The translations under genes were made by a program, and so were the position numbers. The notes beneath the pieces were generated by a model. It saw only the letters and a list, made by a program, of their open reading frames with translations, was not told where the DNA came from and did not search any database. From Deltaproteobacteria bacterium (GTDB taxonomy: Bacteria > Myxococcota_A > Polyangia > Polyangiales > Houyiibacteriaceae): a DNA stretch of 64,000 nt. Positions 57,266-64,000 of the stretch are shown here, piece after piece. Location of the stretch: contig JAXMNT010000030.1 of NCBI GenBank assembly GCA_034670305.1, forward strand, positions 1 through 64,000, written 5' to 3'. Position 1 is the first letter of the stretch. Each line of letters starts with the position of its first letter.

Positions 57266-58816
57266 ATGAGTCGTCAGAAACGAAGGAAGAAGCAGAAGCA
57301 GGAGAAGCGCGACCTGGAGAAGAAGCAGGTCAAGGCGCGGGTGCCCTACGCCCCGAAGCCCTACGCGAGTCCGGTGCCGCTCGAGCCGTTTCCTTTTCCG
57401 GGAGACGACCCGGAAAGAGACTGTGTCCGTTGGCGCATCCCGCAGCGCGGCGCGATGAATGTGCCCGGCGTCGTGTTTGCAGACAGCACGCTCTTGCCCG
57501 ACGTGCTCGCGGACAAGTCGCTCGAGCAGGTCGCGAACGTCGCCACCTTGCCCGGCATCGTTGGCGCGTCGTTCGCCATGCCCGACATCCACATGGGCTA
57601 CGGCTTTCCCATCGGCGGGGTCGCCGCGTTCGACGCCACCCAGGGCGGGGTCGTGAGCCCGGGTGGCGTGGGCTACGACATCAACTGCGGCGTCCGCTTT
57701 CTCGCTTCCGACATGCATCTGGATCGGATCGGCAAACGCATCGAGAAACTCACCGACACCCTCTTCGAAGCGATCCCCGCCGGGGTCGGATCACGGCGCA
57801 AAGAGATCTCGCTCAGCGGCGGCGAACTCAGCGAACTGCTGATGGACGGGATGAAGTGGGCGAAGCGCAAAGGGCTCGCCAACAACCAGGACGAAGCCCA
57901 CACCGAAGACCGCGGCAAGATGGCCGCCGATCTCAAGTACGTCTCGAACCGGGCGAAGCAGCGCGGCGGCCCCCAGCTCGGCACCCTCGGTAGCGGCAAC
58001 CACTTCGCAGAGATCGGCGTGGTCGACGAGGTGTTCGACGAGGAGATCGCGGAGGCGTTCGGGCTCGAGCTCGGACAGATCACGTTGATGATCCATTCGG
58101 GTTCCCGCGGACTCGGACACCAGGTCTGCACCGACTTCCTCAAAGACATGTTCAAGGCGGTGGAGAAGTACGACATCCCGCTCGCCGACAAGCAGCTCTG
58201 CTGCGCGCCCATCCACAGCGACGAAGGCGAGCGGTACCTGAGTGCGATGGCGGCGGCGGCGAACTTCGCCTTCATGAACCGCCTCGTGATGGCGCACTGG
58301 GCACGCCAGGTCTTCGACGACATGTTCGGCGCGGAGCTGCGCACCGTCTACGACGTCTGCCACAACATCGCGAAGCGCGAGCAGCACGTGGTCGATGGGG
58401 TCTCGAAGGAGCTCGTCGTACACCGCAAAGGCGCGACCCGCGCGCTGCCGCCCCAACATCCGGACCTGCCCGAGCGCTACCAGAAGTTCGGTCAGCCGGT
58501 GGTGATCCCCGGCGACATGGGGCGCTACTCCTTCGTGATGGCCGGCGCCGCGCACTCGTCCGAGACGATGCACAGCGCGTGTCACGGCGCCGGCCGGTTG
58601 CTCTCGCGGTCGGAAGCCAAACGCCGGTTCACCGGCCGGCAGTCCGAAGTGCTCTCCAAACACGGCGTCTTCGTACGCGGCGCCTCCAAAGCGACCGTGG
58701 TCGAGGAGATGCCCGAAGCCTACAAGGACGTCGCCGACGTGGTCGGCGTGGTGGAGCGTGGCTTCATGGCCAACCCAGTGGTGCGCCTGCGCCCGCTCGG
58801 CGTCGTCAAAGGCTGA
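57266..58816 (+). CDS. rtcB: RNA 3'-phosphate/5'-OH ligase RtcB (archease-associated type)
   Basis: MPDIHMGYGFPIGG, GYDINCGVR, GSGNHF, HSGSRG, HNIAK, HRKGAT, HGAGR, EEMPEAYKDV. Confidence 0.95.
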   Translation: MSRQKRRKKQKQEKRDLEKKQVKARVPYAPKPYASPVPLEPFPFPGDDPERDCVRWRIPQRGAMNVPGVVFADSTLLPDVLADKSLEQVANVATLPGIVGASFAMPDIHMGYGFPIGGVAAFDATQGGVVSPGGVGYDINCGVRFLASDMHLDRIGKRIEKLTDTLFEAIPAGVGSRRKEISLSGGELSELLMDGMKWAKRKGLANNQDEAHTEDRGKMAADLKYVSNRAKQRGGPQLGTLGSGNHFAEIGVVDEVFDEEIAEAFGLELGQITLMIHSGSRGLGHQVCTDFLKDMFKAVEKYDIPLADKQLCCAPIHSDEGERYLSAMAAAANFAFMNRLVMAHWARQVFDDMFGAELRTVYDVCHNIAKREQHVVDGVSKELVVHRKGATRALPPQHPDLPERYQKFGQPVVIPGDMGRYSFVMAGAAHSSETMHSACHGAGRLLSRSEAKRRFTGRQSEVLSKHGVFVRGASKATVVEEMPEAYKDVADVVGVVERGFMANPVVRLRPLGVVKG

Positions 58817-58830
58817 GGCGGCACGACGGC

Positions 58831-59802
58831 TCAGGCAGCTTCCTCGCCTTTCATCGCGAGGGTCTCTTCGGCGAGGTCGGAGAAGCTCATCGAACGAAGG
58901 CGGCGTTCGTCTTCTTCGGTGTAGAGCCGGTGAATCACGCGCGGGTCGACGCCCATGATGCGCACCACGAGCGGCCCGAAGAGGCGGCCGCCGATCGGGT
59001 GCACGAAGGTGTCTTGAAGAAACCGCAGGAACTTGTTGAACGGCTGGTCCTGCACTTCGTTCATCAGCCCGACGAGCTGGATGCGTCGGAACGCCTCGAT
59101 CAATCGGGCGCCGGTCGGATCGACGCGGTCCATCGGCTCGAAGAACACCGCCTTGAGGAACGGCCGCGCGTGGAAGAGAAACTTGGAGAACGCGGCGGCG
59201 CCTTTGAGTCGATCTGCGAGCGGCGGCTCCGGTCGAGACGCGCGCCTGCGTTTGTACTCGGCCGACGCGTAGTACTCGACCATGTGGTGGTCGATCGCGA
59301 TGTGCCGCGACTCGTCGCGGTTGATGAGGTGCATCGCTTGGTGGCTCATCGCGTCGTCAACGTAGTCGTTGAGGGAACGAAGGAGCGCGATGTCGAGCAG
59401 GATCTCGCCGCTCGTGATGTAGACGTTCGCGATCTCGGGTGAGACGTGCTGCACGACGTCTTCGAACGCGGCCGCGAAGCGCACCAAACTCGGGTTCTTC
59501 TCGTAGCGCTGGTACCGGTGCACGTCGTAGTGGCGCGCGAGCCGCAGCGCGACCACCGCGTGCCGCTCCTCGTCGACCACGAACGACTCGAAGATCGCGC
59601 GCAGCGTCTCCGTCTCCGCGTTGTCCCGCTGCACCGCGAAGAGCCGACCGGCGATGCGCTCGATGCCCGCCATGTCGGTGAAGTACTGGCAGATCGCGAT
59701 CTCATCGTCCCGCGACATCGGCTTCGGCGCGACGGTCCAATCGAGATCGTCCGCATGCCACTGATGCCGCCGACAACGATCCAACATGCGCTCGAGGTCC
59801 AT
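58831..59802 (-). CDS. Ferritin-like diiron-carboxylate protein (desaturase/AurF-like)
   Basis: GIERIA...DEERH and GEILLD...DESRH paired ExxH motifs. Confidence 0.85.
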   Translation of the reverse strand: MDLERMLDRCRRHQWHADDLDWTVAPKPMSRDDEIAICQYFTDMAGIERIAGRLFAVQRDNAETETLRAIFESFVVDEERHAVVALRLARHYDVHRYQRYEKNPSLVRFAAAFEDVVQHVSPEIANVYITSGEILLDIALLRSLNDYVDDAMSHQAMHLINRDESRHIAIDHHMVEYYASAEYKRRRASRPEPPLADRLKGAAAFSKFLFHARPFLKAVFFEPMDRVDPTGARLIEAFRRIQLVGLMNEVQDQPFNKFLRFLQDTFVHPIGGRLFGPLVVRIMGVDPRVIHRLYTEEDERRLRSMSFSDLAEETLAMKGEEAA

Positions 59803-59898
59803 GGCTCCAAGGGTACACCCGGACGGTTTCCACCGCCCCTTGCCCCTTGCCGGTTGCCGGTGTCCGATGGAGGGCCAGGGTTCGACCGGCACCGGTGG

Positions 59899-59914
59899 CG
59901 GCACGGTACGTGCT
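59899..59914 (+). promoter_or_regulatory. Candidate sigma54 promoter of the GT4 gene
   Basis: CGGCACGGTACGTGCT with GG-N10-GC spacing; predicted +1 ~59925, ATG at 59926. Confidence 0.5.
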
Positions 59915-59925
59915 CCATCGGCGGC

Positions 59926-61047
59926 ATGCGCTCGCTCGTGTTCGTCTCGCATTCCTTGCCTCCCGACCGCAGTTCGCTCGAGAACGTGGGGGGCATGCAA
60001 CGCGTCGCGGACGAGCTGCTGCAGGCGCTGCGGGCGCGCCGAGACGTTCGGGTCCGGGAGATCGTGCTGCGGGTGCCTTGGCGCCACGCGCATCGAAGGG
60101 CGCTGGTCTTCTTGGCGTCGCTCGTGGTGCGTTTGCCACAGGTCGTGACGCACGGTGACACCGTGCTCTTCTCATCGGTGACCTCGGCGCTGCCGACGGC
60201 GGCCATCGGCCGGGCGCTCCGCAGGCGAGGCGCCACCCTCGCGACCATCGCGCACGGCCTCGACGTGACGCAGCCGCATCCAGTGCACCAAGCCGCGGTG
60301 CGTGCGGCGCTCGGCGCGATGGATCTGATCCTGCCGGTGAGCCGCGCCACCGAAGCGGAGGTCGCGCGCCGAACCGACACGCCGACCGAGGTCGTGCCGA
60401 ACGGATTGAACCTCGATCGGTTCGAGCGTTCGGAACCCCCGACGACACGCGCTGTGTTTCGAGAAGAACGCAATGAGTGGGGCGACGATGCGTTCGTGCT
60501 GCTCTCGGTGGGTCGGCAGATCCCGCGCAAAGGGTTCGCGTGGTTCGCGGCCGAGGTGATGCCGAAGCTGCCGCCGAACGTGCATTGGTGTCTCGCCGGC
60601 GACGGTCCGGAGCGCGCACGGATCGAACACGCAGTGCGGCGCGCAGGCCTGCAGAACCGGGTGCACGTGCTCGGACTGACCTCGGAAGCGGCGCTGGCTC
60701 GGCTGCGGGCGCAAGCCGACCTCTTCGTCATGCCGAACCTGCCCATCGCGGGCGACATGGAGGGCTTTGGGATCGTGATGCTCGAAGCGGCGGCCTACGG
60801 GGTGCCCACGATCGCGGCCGACCTCGAAGGCATTCGCGACGTCGTGGACGAGACGACGGGGGTTCGGGTGCGGGCGGGCGACGCCGACGCGTTCGCCACC
60901 GCCATCCGGGATCTGTGTTCCGATCGCGCGCGACGGACCAAACTGGGAGAGGGCGCGCGGCAACGCGCGAGGGGACTCGGCTGGGACCACGTCGCGGAGC
61001 GCTACGTGACGGCGTTGACAGACGCGCGGGCGAAGCGGGGACGGTAG
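59926..61047 (+). CDS. Glycosyltransferase family 4
   Basis: GGMQR, AHGLDV, VVPNG, VGRQIPRKG, EGFGIVMLEA. Confidence 0.92.
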   Translation: MRSLVFVSHSLPPDRSSLENVGGMQRVADELLQALRARRDVRVREIVLRVPWRHAHRRALVFLASLVVRLPQVVTHGDTVLFSSVTSALPTAAIGRALRRRGATLATIAHGLDVTQPHPVHQAAVRAALGAMDLILPVSRATEAEVARRTDTPTEVVPNGLNLDRFERSEPPTTRAVFREERNEWGDDAFVLLSVGRQIPRKGFAWFAAEVMPKLPPNVHWCLAGDGPERARIEHAVRRAGLQNRVHVLGLTSEAALARLRAQADLFVMPNLPIAGDMEGFGIVMLEAAAYGVPTIAADLEGIRDVVDETTGVRVRAGDADAFATAIRDLCSDRARRTKLGEGARQRARGLGWDHVAERYVTALTDARAKRGR

Positions 61048-62537
61048 GGCCAAGCCGCCCACACGAGGGGCAGCAACCCGAACGCGAAAACCAGCGCATG
61101 GGTCCAAAGGGACATGTTGTGGAAACGTTGGTTCACCGCAGAGAGCCCCAGGAGCCACGCGACCGCGAGACCCACCGCCGACATCGCACGCGCGACTTCG
61201 CGGTCGTAGGGTCGCCCACCGAGGTGCCGGGTCGCGAGCGCGACCAAGATGCCGACCTGGACCAGGCTCCCGACCCCGGACGCGAGGGCGGCACCGAGCA
61301 CGCCGAACACGGGCGTCCACCACACGAGCAGCACCGCCTGTACGCCCAGCGCCCAGCACGAGGCGCGCACCGTGCTCCACGCCTGGCCGAGCGCCACCAG
61401 CACCGGGCCGGCGAGCGAACCGGCCGAGGCCACCACGGCGCACGCACTCATCGCCCGCACCGCGTCCACGCCCGCGCCGAAGTCCGCCCCGAAGAGGGGC
61501 AAGAGCCACTCGGCGAAGACCACGAAGAAGAGCGCGACCGGCGCGACGAAGAGGAGCACGAGGGTGGTCGCGTGCGAGAAGCCGGCGCGGATCGCGCGCG
61601 TCGACGGAGCCTGTGCGCGGTCCCGGCCCGCGACCACCGCGACGACGATCGGATCGAACCCCACGCGGATCGAGTGGAGTGTGTTCGCGAACTGTTTGGC
61701 GATCTCGTACACACCGACCACCGCGGGACCGGCGACAAACGCCAAGAGCAGGGTGTCGCTTCGTTTGAGCACCGTCGCGAGGAGCTCGCCGAAACCGATG
61801 GGCACCGCGTACCGGCGGAACGCATCGGGAACCGCGCCGCGCTCGAGTCGCAGATCGAGCTGGTGGGCGCGAAACACCTTCCGACACCCAACGACCGCGA
61901 CGGTGCAGCCCAGCCCAACGGAGAGCACGTGGGCGGCCGCGAGCGCCTCGATCGAGTGCGCGGACCCCAGCGCGTGAAACAGGATCAGCGACAGCGGCAA
62001 GAACGAGAGTGGCACGACGATCTCTCGCACCGCGACCTGCAGCCCGAGGCGCTTGAGACCGATGGTCGCGAAGAGCGCGAGTTCCGTCATCGCCATCAGC
62101 GGCAGAGCACACGCCAGCGAGAGGAACAGAGGCGTCGCCTCCGGGGCATGCCAATGCTCGGCTGCGAACGGTGCTGCGAAGGCGAGCACTGCCGCGGCGC
62201 CGAACGATCGGCCGAGCACCCGCTTGGCGATCGCCCACAGGCCAGTCACCCCGGCGCCTTCGGCACGGCGGCCCACCCACCAGGGCAGCGCACGGTCGTC
62301 TCCCCAAAGCGAGAGCCGCAGTCCGATCCACGCGACCCCGACACCGGCCGCGTACAGGCCCCAGGTGCGCGCGCCGAAACTGCGAGTGGCGAACGCGAGC
62401 AACACTGGGTGAATCCATCGGACCACATGTCCGGCGAGTGACGCCGCTGCCCCGCGGGTGAGATCCCGACGATCTCCTGCGGTTTCTACGTCTTCGGCGC
62501 GCGAAGCGGCTCGGTCCGGGCTTTGCAATGGAGTCAC
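61002..62537 (-). CDS. Oligosaccharide flippase (Wzx/MOP family)
   Basis: 12-14 TM segments; RSFGARTWGLY, RSDTLLL...VGVYEIA; start position uncertain; 3' end overlaps GT4. Confidence 0.82.
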   Translation of the reverse strand: MTPLQSPDRAASRAEDVETAGDRRDLTRGAAASLAGHVVRWIHPVLLAFATRSFGARTWGLYAAGVGVAWIGLRLSLWGDDRALPWWVGRRAEGAGVTGLWAIAKRVLGRSFGAAAVLAFAAPFAAEHWHAPEATPLFLSLACALPLMAMTELALFATIGLKRLGLQVAVREIVVPLSFLPLSLILFHALGSAHSIEALAAAHVLSVGLGCTVAVVGCRKVFRAHQLDLRLERGAVPDAFRRYAVPIGFGELLATVLKRSDTLLLAFVAGPAVVGVYEIAKQFANTLHSIRVGFDPIVVAVVAGRDRAQAPSTRAIRAGFSHATTLVLLFVAPVALFFVVFAEWLLPLFGADFGAGVDAVRAMSACAVVASAGSLAGPVLVALGQAWSTVRASCWALGVQAVLLVWWTPVFGVLGAALASGVGSLVQVGILVALATRHLGGRPYDREVARAMSAVGLAVAWLLGLSAVNQRFHNMSLWTHALVFAFGLLPLVWAAWPYRPRFARASVNAVT

Positions 62538-62560
62538 TGCTGTGAAGCACAGCAACCTCC

Positions 62561-64000
62561 ATGCCCACCCCTGAACCCCACGCACACCCCTTGGAGCGGT
62601 GCCTTCTGCGTCTGGCCGAAGTCACCACGCGGTGGCCGAAGGTCGTTCTGTCGATTGGACTGGTCGGGCTCGTGGCCGGCGGCGTGGCCAGCACCCGACT
62701 CGAGCTGGACGCGCGGCTGGAAGCGCTCTTGCCCACCGACACCCGCGCGGCGCACGCGATCGAGACCTACCGGACCCGGGTCTCCGCCGGTGCGCCGCTG
62801 CAGGTGCTGGTCGAAGGACCGCGGGCCGAAGTCGTCAGCGACGCGGTGCGGGATGCGCTCGCGGAGTGGCCCGACGTGGCGTGGGCACTCAACCGGCGCG
62901 AGACCTCGTCGCTCTACGAACGTCGCCTCCTGCTCCTCGGGGAATCCCGGATCGAGCAGCTCGCGGACGACCTCGAACAGAACGTCGAGCACGCGGAGTG
63001 TGAGTCGATGCCGGGGTGCGTGGCGTTCGAGGAGCCACCCGAGCTGCCCACCCGCGAAGCGCTCACCGACGAAGCCCGGTCTCTGCCGCTCCTGCGACGC
63101 CTGTCGCCGTTCGTCGGTTCATCGGAGGGAACGGAGGGAACGGAGCGGTCGACGTCCGCCGAGCTCGATCCGCGGCTGTGCAACGACTCGGTGCCGCGGG
63201 TGTGTTTGGTGCAGGCCGGACTGGAAGGCGACCCCGGCGACCTCGCGTTCGCGGCCGAGGTCGGCACGCGCGTCGACGCACTCGCCGAGCGATGGGGGGG
63301 CGGCGAGACCCGCATCGAACTCGCTGGCCGCTACCGCACGCTTCCCCAGATCCGCGCCATCGCCGCCCGTGATCTTCGCCGAACCGGCGCGCTCGGCGCC
63401 CTGCTCGTCCTCGCGATCGTGGCGTTCGCATTTCGCCGCCGAGGCCGGACCGGAGGGCTCGGTGGATGGCGCGCGCTCTTCCTGGTCGGGACGCCGCTCG
63501 CCATCGGGATGGGCGCCACGCTCTGCCTGTTGGCGTGGCTCCATCCGGTGCTGAACCTGATCGGCGCGTTCACGTTCGCCATCTTGGGCGGCGTCGGCAT
63601 CGACTTCGGGCTGCACCTCGCGTCCCGACTGCGCGGCGCGCTGGCAGAAGGACTCGCGGTGGGTCCGGCGGTGCAGCGAACGCTCACCGACATCGGCCGC
63701 TCGCTCTTGGTCGCAGCGTTCACCACGAGTCTCGCGTTCGGCGCGCTCGCGGTCGCGGACTTTCGGGGGTTCGCGGAGATGGGGGTGTTGGCCGGGGCGG
63801 GGGTGCTCTTGTCCGCGGTCTCCTTTCTCATCTTCTTCGCACCGGCGGCGGTCCTCGTCGCCCAGCCTTCGACGGCGACCACGAACGCGCAGGTCCCGCG
63901 GTCCACGCCAGCCCTACCGACGGCGAGCCGGTCCGTCGCGTGGCGCGTCGTCCTCGCCGGGTGCGTGCTGGCCGTGGTCGGTGGGTGGGTCGGACGCGGG
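62561..64000 (+). CDS. MMPL/RND-family lipid transporter (runs off the window)
   Basis: Translated by hand from ATG 62561: TM then LDARLEALLP, periplasmic domain, then ILGGVGIDFGLH...AAFTTSLAFGAL..DFRGFAEMG. Confidence 0.85.
   Translation, partial: MPTPEPHAHPLERCLLRLAEVTTRWPKVVLSIGLVGLVAGGVASTRLELDARLEALLPTDTRAAHAIETYRTRVSAGAPLQVLVEGPRAEVVSDAVRDALAEWPDVAWALNRRETSSLYERRLLLLGESRIEQLADDLEQNVEHAECESMPGCVAFEEPPELPTREALTDEARSLPLLRRLSPFVGSSEGTEGTERSTSAELDPRLCNDSVPRVCLVQAGLEGDPGDLAFAAEVGTRVDALAERWGGGETRIELAGRYRTLPQIRAIAARDLRRTGALGALLVLAIVAFAFRRRGRTGGLGGWRALFLVGTPLAIGMGATLCLLAWLHPVLNLIGAFTFAILGGVGIDFGLHLASRLRGALAEGLAVGPAVQRTLTDIGRSLLVAAFTTSLAFGALAVADFRGFAEMGVLAGAGVLLSAVSFLIFFAPAAVLVAQPSTATTNAQVPRSTPALPTASRSVAWRVVLAGCVLAVVGGWVGRG

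Overview
High-GC chromosomal segment with dense coding, most likely from a myxobacterium (Myxococcota, probably Polyangiales/Sandaracinaceae-like). This is inferred from gene content: a Pro-rich DnaK paralogue, DAG/DSG-repeat lipoproteins, A2M-like proteins with a GspG-like motif and the GGLGLRGTGRGGGG motif. About 55 CDS and one tRNA-Leu(CAG) were found. No transposase, integrase, phage gene or cas gene was found. Recognisable modules: EthA-like monooxygenase; DnaK/DnaJ pair; two tandem thioester-less alpha-2-macroglobulin-like genes; ATE/Bpt aminoacyl-transferase; two rimK paralogues; tag; SCP2-CaiB-TetR; orphan fliO-like gene plus GH172; class III adenylate cyclase; a 1066-aa ankyrin protein; TldD plus sulfotransferase-like gene; MaoC-FabG4-thiolase; a three-gene RavA/MoxR operon without vWA; PP2C; leuB-like; archease-RtcB; and a diiron/GT4/flippase/MMPL cluster. 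The most striking unannotated signal is the 40315-40790 intergenic region. It holds a candidate sigma54-driven ~105-nt sRNA with two C-rich loops (Pxr-like architecture). Next to it is a separate ~280-nt highly structured element whose motifs recur at 895-987 with a compensatory base-pair change. All product calls come from motif reading by eye; no database searches were run.
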